Part shown: piece by piece, positions 34,710 through 42,715 of the stretch | Position numbering within the stretch: the first letter of the stretch is position 1 | Layout: each line of letters begins with the position of its first letter | Origin: Chthoniobacterales bacterium | Lineage (GTDB): Bacteria; Verrucomicrobiota; Verrucomicrobiia; Chthoniobacterales; UBA10450 | DNA: 64,000 nt | NCBI GenBank assembly: GCA_035568175.1 | Contig: DATMON010000004.1 | Coordinates: 374,864-438,863 of the forward strand | Direction of reading: 5' to 3' | Made by a program: the position numbers and the translations under genes | The notes under the pieces: generated by a model | What the model was told of the DNA's origin: nothing | What the model saw: the letters and a program-made list of their open reading frames with translations, nothing else | Database searches by the model: none

Positions 34710-34786
34710 ACAACGAACGCTACAGTCGTGCGAGAAAAGAAGATTTGAAGCAATCGCGATCAAAGCCGTCGAAGAAAGAAGCAAAA

Positions 34787-35818
34787 ATGGGGATTTTGGG
34801 AGATGGAGCTGCGTTGGTTGGGAATCTTGTTCCAACCGGTTTGATCACGGCGGCGAGTAAACTCGCGGAAGCGCCGCTCGAACTGGCTAACGTGGCGACA
34901 AAACTCGTCGAAGCGATCGCGATTAATTCCGTTTGGGAAAAAAGGCGGGACGGCAAGACTTTCGTAGTAAAACGGCGAAATCTTCACAGCGAGCAACTGG
35001 CCGATTTGACCAATCTTTACTTTCGGATGGCGAACATTCCGATTCGGTTTTGGAGCAAAGTGGAACAATGGCGGCGATGGGAAGTTGGCTGTTTCGAAAT
35101 GCTCAACGGCGATCAATTTGACGCCTACAAAGCGGGTAAGCGGTGTGTAGTCGCCGAAAAATTGCCCGGGGTCGGTCTTTGGGACCTGATGAATCGCGGC
35201 GCTCTGACCAAACGAATTCTGCAAGCTGCTGCGAAGGAATTTCGACGGGCCCATCAATTTTGGGCCGACGAATTTGGCGACCGATGGTCTCACGGCGATG
35301 CCACCACCCAAAATGTGCTTTACGAAGCCAAAACCAATCGCGCCCGACTGATTGATTTCGAAATCGTGCATGAAGAGTCGCTCGGCGCGGCCGCCCGCCA
35401 GGCGGACGACCTGTTGGTTTTTCTTCTCGATATGGTCGGAATCGTTCCGACCCGACAATGGTTACCGTTCGCAACCGCCTTTCTTGAAGCTTACGGCGAC
35501 GCGGATGTGATCGCCGAAGTCAGGAAACAACTCGATCTTCCGGGCGGCCTGGCTTGGATTTGGTGGGGCGTGCGCACGAATTTCAGCAATCCGGCGAAAG
35601 TGAAGCAACGCCTGACCAATCTCAGCCGCGCGATTCGCAAACTAAAACTCTATGAAGCAGCGCCTGCGGTTCGGGTCCGCAACAAGCGCCTGCCTTCGAT
35701 CAATTGCCACGCGATTACGCCCGGGATGCCAAGAGTGAGTTCGCGCACTCGCGCGATCAAAGATAGAGCGAAAGCAGTGTCTCCCGGTATTCCAAGAAGA
35801 TTGCCGACCAAGACGTAA
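34787..35818 (+). CDS. Protein-kinase-like fold protein (Kdo/WaaP-type lipid/sugar kinase-like)
   Basis: Catalytic-loop-like 'WSHGDATTQNVLY' and 'ARLIDFE' (DFG equivalent). ATG at 34787; the track uses TTG at 34745. The last ~56 codons are antisense to the 3' end of the next gene. Confidence 0.55.
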   Translation: MGILGDGAALVGNLVPTGLITAASKLAEAPLELANVATKLVEAIAINSVWEKRRDGKTFVVKRRNLHSEQLADLTNLYFRMANIPIRFWSKVEQWRRWEVGCFEMLNGDQFDAYKAGKRCVVAEKLPGVGLWDLMNRGALTKRILQAAAKEFRRAHQFWADEFGDRWSHGDATTQNVLYEAKTNRARLIDFEIVHEESLGAAARQADDLLVFLLDMVGIVPTRQWLPFATAFLEAYGDADVIAEVRKQLDLPGGLAWIWWGVRTNFSNPAKVKQRLTNLSRAIRKLKLYEAAPAVRVRNKRLPSINCHAITPGMPRVSSRTRAIKDRAKAVSPGIPRRLPTKT

Positions 35819-36660
35819 CCGCTTTCCTGCACGCCAATTCCTCCCGGGACTGGAAATGCCACCGACCGAATCGTCAGGGCCATGCTTTGCAGAATGATCG
35901 CGTTCACCACGGTTGCGTGTAGGTTCAACGCGTAGAGCGCGATCCAAATTTCGCCTGAATTTAAAATCAGCGAAAAGATTGTCGAAACGCAACATCCGAT
36001 CACGCCCCGGCGTCGCGCGTAAAGCGTGCGAATCGTCTGGTCTAACGTTTCGCCAGTTTGCACGAGCGATTGCCATTCCGGCGAATTCGCCAACTTCGCG
36101 ATCATCCGGGCGAGGAATCGAAACATTCCGCGCCGTTGCACAAAATAAAATCCGCCGACGGCTGCCACACCGACGAGTGTGCCAATCAATGTCGGGCCGA
36201 CGAAATTCTTTCGCCCGGTCGATTGAACCAGCAGTAACACCCCGAGCAATGTAAATGCCGCTTGCGTGAACACGCCCAACGTTAGATCGACAAGCACCGT
36301 CCCGGCCGCGATCGGCAACGGCGTACCCTTAACGGCAGCCAATCGTGCGCGCACAATGTCTCCGCCAACAGCAGCCGACGGAACGAGTGTGCTGACCGAT
36401 TCGCCGATCCAGCGCATCCAATAAATTCTTCGCAATGGCGGCCGCTCAGCTTTCGGAAACAGAACCCACCACGCCAGCGAATCCAGGAATACCGGGACAA
36501 AAAAATGGTAAGCAACCACTGCAAGAATGGCCCAGCCTGCAGTGGCAATGGCGCCGCCAATCTGCCCAACGCCTTCGCGAACCAGCAGCGCCGTGAAAAG
36601 CGCGGCGCCGGCAAAGGCAAGAAAGTAAAAAGTTAAACGAAGCCTGCTGGGGACTTTCAT
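35650..36660 (-). CDS. Flippase-like / lysyl-PG-synthase-TM-region family (UPF0104) membrane protein
   Basis: 336 aa with about 8 TM helices. Basic loops 'RRIYWMRWIGESV' and 'GGDIVRARL' are typical of UPF0104. Confidence 0.75.
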   Translation of the reverse strand: MKVPSRLRLTFYFLAFAGAALFTALLVREGVGQIGGAIATAGWAILAVVAYHFFVPVFLDSLAWWVLFPKAERPPLRRIYWMRWIGESVSTLVPSAAVGGDIVRARLAAVKGTPLPIAAGTVLVDLTLGVFTQAAFTLLGVLLLVQSTGRKNFVGPTLIGTLVGVAAVGGFYFVQRRGMFRFLARMIAKLANSPEWQSLVQTGETLDQTIRTLYARRRGVIGCCVSTIFSLILNSGEIWIALYALNLHATVVNAIILQSMALTIRSVAFPVPGGIGVQESGYVLVGNLLGIPGDTAFALSLIARVRELTLGIPGVIAWQLIEGRRLLRTRTAGAAS

Positions 36661-36745
36661 GTTTCAAGAGCTCGCGATCGAGCGAACGCGACCGGGATGC
36701 TAACACGAAACGCTGCCGCGAGCGTCCGCGGATGGCTAAGAAACG

Positions 36746-37444
36746 CTAAATCAGCGAATTTGAACCGGTCGCAACCGGAGCTTCAGCCTGGACCGGAATT
36801 GGAATCGGCACCAATTCCGGCGTTGGCTCAGGCAGGACATCCGCGATAACCGGCGGCACAATCGCTCGCCGCAGCGGACGCGAGACCAAAAGGCAAAGCG
36901 TCAGCCAACTCGCGCCGAGAAACATTCCGCCGAGCACGTCGGTGAAATAATGTGCGCCAAGCGCGATCCGGCTAAACCCAACCATGACGATGAGGAAAGT
37001 CGCCGCCGAAAAGACTAGAACACGACCACGGCGGCTCTTGATCAAAGGAATAATGAACAGAGCGAGTTGCCCGTAAAGTAGCGTGGCGCCAATCGTATGA
37101 CCGCTGGCAAAGCTATAACCCGACCAATCGACAAACCAGCCGTCGACAAACGGACGATGTCGGTGCACCAAGATTTTGATCCACTCGTTTAAGAGCATTC
37201 CGCCGGGGATGGCTACAACCGTCATCAGAAGCGATGGCCACCAGCGTTTGAAAACAAAAAACAAGACCGCGATCGAAAGGACGATGGCAATCCACTCGCT
37301 CGAGCCGAATTCGGTGATACCCCGAAGCACGCTGACAAAGGTGGGCGTCAGGTGAGAATGGAACCAGAGGGCCACTCCGTGGTCGATTCCGGCAAACGGA
37401 TTTGCTATCGCGAGAGGGGAATTTGTCACAAAAAAGCCGTGCAT
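36746..37444 (-). CDS. PAP2-family lipid phosphatase
   Basis: 232 aa. All three PAP2 motifs are present: 'KILVHRHRP', 'SFASGHT' and 'SRIALGAHYFTD'. Confidence 0.85.
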   Translation of the reverse strand: MHGFFVTNSPLAIANPFAGIDHGVALWFHSHLTPTFVSVLRGITEFGSSEWIAIVLSIAVLFFVFKRWWPSLLMTVVAIPGGMLLNEWIKILVHRHRPFVDGWFVDWSGYSFASGHTIGATLLYGQLALFIIPLIKSRRGRVLVFSAATFLIVMVGFSRIALGAHYFTDVLGGMFLGASWLTLCLLVSRPLRRAIVPPVIADVLPEPTPELVPIPIPVQAEAPVATGSNSLI

Positions 37445-37577
37445 AGTAAGGCTGATTCAAAGCCAGTCAACCCCGAAAGGATTCGGGGTCAAATGCCAAA
37501 AATCGCGACCGGCCGCCTCTTCTGGATCGGCACTTGCTGAAAAACCGGGAATGGGATAAACGAAGGTTGGTTGGTTC

Positions 37578-38591
37578 ATGCGAATACAAGATCGACAACC
37601 ATCGCTCGCGCCAAAAATTATGAATAGCCTTCGCCTCGCCTTAACCGCCGGTTTCCTTAGCCTCATTTCACCGGTCCTTGCCGGGACTGAACCGGCATTG
37701 CAGCCGGCCCCTTCGCCGACCGAGGACGAAAACAAGAACTCAACCGAGATCTTCAACTACGAGACCACCTACACCGCCAACAGCGACTACAAAGATTACC
37801 GCGGGAAATTTGGGGACGGCGATTCCCTCTACAACGACATCAGTTACGCGCATCGCTTTTTGATCACCGGCAATTGGTACCTGCGTCTCGGCGCCGAGTA
37901 TGAGCGGTTCGATTTCGGCGGCGACAACGGGTCTAATCGTTTGGCGGTCCCGGGGTGTCTTTCCTGCGGAATCGTCGGTAACAACAATGGATTACCCGAT
38001 CATTTGCAAACGATTCACGCGCTCGTCGCTTACGAATACATTTTCAAAGATCACGCGGGCGCGGGAATCGAGCTCGATCCCGGCATTTATTTTGAGGACC
38101 ACGCAAGTGGCGATGCGTTCGACATTCCGTGGAAAGTTTGGGTCACTTTTCCGCTTAAGAAAGACAAGATTTTCGCAGTGATTGGCGCCGGGGGCGCAAT
38201 CAATTCCAATCCCATTGCGGCGCCTGGCGGCGGTTTGATTTGGCTGTTCACCGATCATTTCCGGCTGGAAGGCGTGTTTCCCAAACCGGCGCTCGTTTAC
38301 AATCCGAATGACGATTGGGAATTTCGTCTCGCCGGGAATCTCATGTACGAAAGCTTTCGAACCGACAACGTGTACACGCCTGCCGCTAAGCTCGTTGTTC
38401 ACGACCCAGTCGTGCAGTACAGCGAAGACCGTGTCGGTATTCAGGCGACCTATTCACACTTCAAACCGTTCGACATTACGCTCGATGTTGGCGCTATGAT
38501 CAGACGCGAGTTCGATTTCTTCCGCGCTGAAGCGGTCGTGAAAAGCGATCCCGCGCCCTACGTTCGGCTCGCCGTCGAAGCAAAGTTCTAG
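37578..38591 (+). CDS. Putative outer-membrane beta-barrel protein
   Basis: 337 aa. Signal peptide (ATG 37578 or 37620, '..LSLISPVLAG'), alternating aromatic/Gly beta-strand pattern and a C-terminal 'VRLAVEAKF'. Confidence 0.5.
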   Translation: MRIQDRQPSLAPKIMNSLRLALTAGFLSLISPVLAGTEPALQPAPSPTEDENKNSTEIFNYETTYTANSDYKDYRGKFGDGDSLYNDISYAHRFLITGNWYLRLGAEYERFDFGGDNGSNRLAVPGCLSCGIVGNNNGLPDHLQTIHALVAYEYIFKDHAGAGIELDPGIYFEDHASGDAFDIPWKVWVTFPLKKDKIFAVIGAGGAINSNPIAAPGGGLIWLFTDHFRLEGVFPKPALVYNPNDDWEFRLAGNLMYESFRTDNVYTPAAKLVVHDPVVQYSEDRVGIQATYSHFKPFDITLDVGAMIRREFDFFRAEAVVKSDPAPYVRLAVEAKF

Positions 38592-38989
38592 GGAAAAATT
38601 TCGTCCAGCTTTCGCGCGACCGATTGCGGGCCGTGCACTTTCAGGCGGCCTGTCATAAATGCCCAGGTGCCTTTGAGCTTACCGTTCGACATCGCGACCC
38701 AATCGTTGTCACTCGTGATGAACGTCACGGTTGGATTGTCGATCTTGCCGCGCCCCATTTTAAACGTGCCGTCATTCACGTCGATCCACCATTCGCCGCC
38801 ATTTGGACCGCTCAATTGCCATTGATATTTTGCGTGGACACCTTTGGCCTTGTCCGCTTGGAAACTTTGACGCATTCCGTCGAAAACCTGTTGCGGTGTG
38901 GAATTATCCTCGGCCCGCAGCGCGCTCGAACCGAACATCGCCAGAATCGCGATCGTTAGACCCAACCAAAGGCGGTGCGTTTTCATCAT
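38588..38989 (-). CDS. Secreted SCP2 (sterol/lipid carrier) domain protein
   Basis: The ATG at 38989 gives the signal peptide 'MMKTHRLWLGLTIAILAMFGSSALRA'. The SCP2 pattern is 'KYQWQLSGPNGGEWWIDVNDG...GKLKGTWAFMTGRLKVHG'. Confidence 0.7.
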   Translation of the reverse strand: MMKTHRLWLGLTIAILAMFGSSALRAEDNSTPQQVFDGMRQSFQADKAKGVHAKYQWQLSGPNGGEWWIDVNDGTFKMGRGKIDNPTVTFITSDNDWVAMSNGKLKGTWAFMTGRLKVHGPQSVARKLDEIFP

Positions 38990-39011
38990 TATTAAATCGC
39001 TTCCGGTAACA

Positions 39012-39818
39012 TCATCGGTCGTTTCGACTGATGTGGTACAACTCAGGCCGGCGGTGAGCAAAAACCATGACTCGATTGCGAACATCCGCGATCACTTGCT
39101 CTGAGATTTCTGCCTGTATCAATTCTTCGCGATCGGGCGACGCGGCCGCCAAAATCGCGCCCGAAGGATCGACAATCACCGATGAACCGCAGAACGTCAC
39201 GCCGTCGTCGCTCCCGACGCGATTGGCAACGATGAGATAGCTCTGGTTTTCAACCGCCCGTGCCAGCGCCAAAATCCGTAGATGTTCCGCGCGCACCACC
39301 GGCCACGCGGAAGAATTCACAATCACATTTGCTCGGCGTTCGAGGACAAGGGTGCGCGCCATTTCCGGAAAACGCAGATCGTAACAGATACTCAGCCCGA
39401 CCGTAAATTTGCCGATCTTGCAGCTGACGAATTCGTTTCCGGGGGAAAGACAGACGCGCTCATCCAGCGGCGCGGCCGTGACCAGATGAGTCTTGCGATA
39501 TTTCCCGACGACCTCGCCCCGCGCGTCGACAAAAACTTGCGCGTTAAAAATCGACGCGCTGTCGCGGTCCGAAATTCCAGCGACAATACCAATTGAAATC
39601 TCTTTTGCGATTTTCTGGAGCTCGGGAACTGCGCCCTCGCTCCAATTTTTGGCGTGCTTTTGAATCACCGGCATTGAATACCCAGTATCGACCATCTCAG
39701 GAAAAACGATGAGCCTAGCGTCCGACTTTTTCGCGAGCGCGGCGAAATCTCGAATCTTGCGCAGATTTGCGTTGAAATCGCCGAGCGCGCATGAGATCTG
39801 AGCAACCGCAATTTTCAT
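39012..39818 (-). CDS. Carbon-nitrogen hydrolase (nitrilase superfamily)
   Basis: 268 aa. E-K-C triad context: 'LIVFPEM', 'YRKTHL' and 'GLSICYDLRFPE'. Confidence 0.85.
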   Translation of the reverse strand: MKIAVAQISCALGDFNANLRKIRDFAALAKKSDARLIVFPEMVDTGYSMPVIQKHAKNWSEGAVPELQKIAKEISIGIVAGISDRDSASIFNAQVFVDARGEVVGKYRKTHLVTAAPLDERVCLSPGNEFVSCKIGKFTVGLSICYDLRFPEMARTLVLERRANVIVNSSAWPVVRAEHLRILALARAVENQSYLIVANRVGSDDGVTFCGSSVIVDPSGAILAAASPDREELIQAEISEQVIADVRNRVMVFAHRRPELYHISRNDR

Positions 39819-39833
39819 GAGTCGTTGTCGATC

Positions 39834-41231
39834 TTAACGCAAATTTCTGTCGAGCGCGCCGATCTTGCGAATTTCCGGCCAGCGCCACGCCGCCGCGGCG
39901 ACCACGAGAATGGTGCCAATTCCACCGGCAGCGACAGAAATGACGGGGCCAAACAGCGCTGCGGTCAATCCCGACTCCAACGCGCCGAACTCGTTCGATG
40001 TGCCGATGAAAATATTGTTCACGGCCGAAACACGGCCGCGCATTTCATCTGGTGTAACCAATTGAACAATGGAGCCGCGAATGATTACGCTCACGCTATC
40101 GAGAGCGCCGGCGACGAATAACATCGCCAACGAAAGCCAGAGCGCTTTGGATAATCCGAAGATGATCGTTGCGATTCCAAAACCGGCGACGCACCAAAGA
40201 AGTCTTTTCCCGGCTTCGCGCATCGGCGGGAGATAGGCGACGATCAGCGCCATCGCGAAAGCGCCGATCGCGGGCGAGGCGCGCATCCAACCGAGTCCGA
40301 CCGGGCCGCAGTGCAGAATTTGATCGGCAAAAACTGGAAGCAACGCGGTCGCGCCACCCAGCAGCACGGCGAACAGATCGAGCGTGATCGTCGCCAGGAT
40401 CACTTTCTTACTGAAAACAAACTTCGCACCCGCCACAAGGCTCCGCCACGTGCTTTGCTCCACTCGTTTTAATGCTTGTTTTGCACGAGGAATTGGCAAC
40501 GCGAGCAAGAAAAACGCAAACGACGTGATCGCATCGATGACGTAAACAATCGGGAACCCGCGATGCGCCACCACGAAACCGCTAAGCGCCGGTCCAACCA
40601 CGGATCCGATCTGAAAAATACTGTTGTTCCAAGTGACTGCATTCGAAAACGCATCCCGCGGCACCAGCGTTGGAAAAAAAGAACTGCGCGCCGCCCATGA
40701 AAACGTCCTGGCAATCGCACCGAGAAAAAGCAGAAGATAGATAAGCGGAATTGAAGCGTCGTCGAAATGAAAATCGCTCTGATGTCGCTCGAAGATGCTC
40801 GCGATGGATCCCAGCGCATGATTGCACGAGCGCAAGATTGGCATCTCTGGGATGGCGAGGTGTTGCCAGGAAACAAGCGCGAGCAGGGCCGACGTAATCG
40901 AACTGAAAATTTGCGCGACCAGAATGATGTGTTTGCGGCTAATCCGGTCGGCCAGATGTCCCGCCGGCAACGATAGACCAACGATCGGAATCGCGAAGAC
41001 CAGCCCGACCAGGCCGAGCGCCGTCGCTGAATGCGTCCGGCGATAAATCTCCCACTCCACTGCGACCGCGAGCATCTGCCGGCCGAGGATCGACAACAAA
41101 TTTCCAGTAGTGAAAAAACGAAACCCGCGCGAGCGAAACGCAGCATAGGGATCGTGTCGCGGAGACGGGGGAACAACCGCGCCTGTAATTTCCGGCCGCT
41201 GGCCGATTGGCGATTCGTATTCGTTAGGCAT
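39834..41231 (-). CDS. MFS transporter (EntS/MFS_3-like)
   Basis: About 466 aa with 12 predicted TM helices. 'GHLADRISRK' is an MFS loop 2-3 motif. ATG at 41231; the track uses GTG at 41255. Confidence 0.85.
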   Translation of the reverse strand: MPNEYESPIGQRPEITGAVVPPSPRHDPYAAFRSRGFRFFTTGNLLSILGRQMLAVAVEWEIYRRTHSATALGLVGLVFAIPIVGLSLPAGHLADRISRKHIILVAQIFSSITSALLALVSWQHLAIPEMPILRSCNHALGSIASIFERHQSDFHFDDASIPLIYLLLFLGAIARTFSWAARSSFFPTLVPRDAFSNAVTWNNSIFQIGSVVGPALSGFVVAHRGFPIVYVIDAITSFAFFLLALPIPRAKQALKRVEQSTWRSLVAGAKFVFSKKVILATITLDLFAVLLGGATALLPVFADQILHCGPVGLGWMRASPAIGAFAMALIVAYLPPMREAGKRLLWCVAGFGIATIIFGLSKALWLSLAMLFVAGALDSVSVIIRGSIVQLVTPDEMRGRVSAVNNIFIGTSNEFGALESGLTAALFGPVISVAAGGIGTILVVAAAAWRWPEIRKIGALDRNLR

Positions 41232-41376
41232 GCTCGAGCGCAGGAGTACGCGCACGAGATTGTAAGTTCATGCGCCGCTGCCGCAACTAAGCTCGAACGG
41301 ACGCGACGAAGTCGATCTGACAAGCGCGACGTTAACTGAAATTTGCGACGAACGCAGATCGCCACTAGAAATCGAC

Positions 41377-42570
41377 ATGCCGGAAGTCACAGACAAAGTT
41401 CTGCCGCCAGAGACAGCGGTAGCTACAACGCCAAAAACTGCGTCGCAATGGACGCGCGCCAATCCGTTTCCTGGAAAGCTTATCGTCAATCGCCGGTTAA
41501 GCAGTGACGACTCGGAAAAGGACACACGCCATTTCGAGATCGATCTGACCGGCTGGGGGTTAAATTTTGAACCGGGCGACTCGGTCGCGGTTTATCCGAC
41601 GAACGATCCTAACCTGGTCGAGGAGATTCTTCGCGCTCTCGGGGCGAAAGGTGACGAACCGGTGCTGGCAGCGAAAACGACGAAACCGTTTCGGGATGCG
41701 TTGTTGCGCGATTACTCCATCACTCAGCCAACCCCGAAGTTTCTCAAAGCGGTTGCCCAACGCGCATCGGCCGCGCCGATGCTGACGGAATTGCTGCACC
41801 CAGATCGCAAGCACGATCTCGAAAATTATCTTTGGGGCGCGGAAGTGATCGATTTTCTGCTCGAGCATCCGTCCGTAAAATTCACGCCAGAGGAATTCGT
41901 CGGACTGCTCACGAAATTGCAGCCACGACTGTATTCGGTCGCATCCAGTCTGCGCGTTTTTCCGGACCAGGTGCACCTGATTGTCGATGTTGTGCAGTAT
42001 GAAACCCGCGGGCGCGCCAGGAAAGGGGTCGCGTCGACGTTTCTGGCCGAGCGCGCGGATAAAGTTCCGGTGCCGGTTTATCCAAGCTCGGCAAAACATT
42101 TTCACATGCCGGAAAATCAGAACTTGCCGCTGATCATGATTGGACCCGGTACCGGGGTGGCGCCGTTCCGCGCGTTTTTGCAGGACCGACAAGCTCTCGG
42201 TGCGAAAGGAAAAAACTGGCTGTTTTACGGGGCGCAGCGCGAGAAATGCGATTACGCTTACAGTGAAGATTGGGAACGCTTCTCGCGCGACGGTCTTTTG
42301 ACAAAACTTGATTGCGCATGGTCACGCGATCAAACCCACAAGATCTATGTCCAGCACAAGATGCTGGAAAACGCGGCTGAAATCTGGAAATGGATCGATG
42401 GCGAAGGTGCCCAGTTTTTTGTTTGCGGTGACGCGCGACGCATGGCGAAAGATGTCGATGCTGCCCTGCGTAAGATCATCCAGGAACAAGGTGGCAAGTC
42501 TGTGGATGAAGCAAACGCCTACGTGGAGAAGCTCAAGAACGAGAAGCGCTACAAGCGCGACGTCTATTAG
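41377..42570 (+). CDS. CysJ-like FAD/NADPH oxidoreductase (sulfite-reductase flavoprotein C-terminal module, no flavodoxin domain)
   Basis: 397 aa. 'RLYSVASS' (FAD binding), 'MIGPGTGVAPFRAF' (NADPH binding) and the C-terminal 'YKRDVY'. Confidence 0.8.
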   Translation: MPEVTDKVLPPETAVATTPKTASQWTRANPFPGKLIVNRRLSSDDSEKDTRHFEIDLTGWGLNFEPGDSVAVYPTNDPNLVEEILRALGAKGDEPVLAAKTTKPFRDALLRDYSITQPTPKFLKAVAQRASAAPMLTELLHPDRKHDLENYLWGAEVIDFLLEHPSVKFTPEEFVGLLTKLQPRLYSVASSLRVFPDQVHLIVDVVQYETRGRARKGVASTFLAERADKVPVPVYPSSAKHFHMPENQNLPLIMIGPGTGVAPFRAFLQDRQALGAKGKNWLFYGAQREKCDYAYSEDWERFSRDGLLTKLDCAWSRDQTHKIYVQHKMLENAAEIWKWIDGEGAQFFVCGDARRMAKDVDAALRKIIQEQGGKSVDEANAYVEKLKNEKRYKRDVY

Positions 42571-42715
42571 ATCGCCATCGGCTAGCGATTGAGTTGAATC
42601 GCGAGCGCATGATCAAGCTGAGTCTTTGCGCGCTGATTTTTTCCACACTGATCTGGAAAAATATTCCTCGCTCGTTGCTGCCGGCGCAACCGGTGAAGGC
42701 TGTTGACGGACCGGT

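Noticed and set aside
40469-41365. A 298-aa alternative-frame ORF inside the MFS transporter gene.
   Set aside because: It is an Arg/Ser-rich out-of-frame translation. The 12-TM MFS frame is clearly the coding one.
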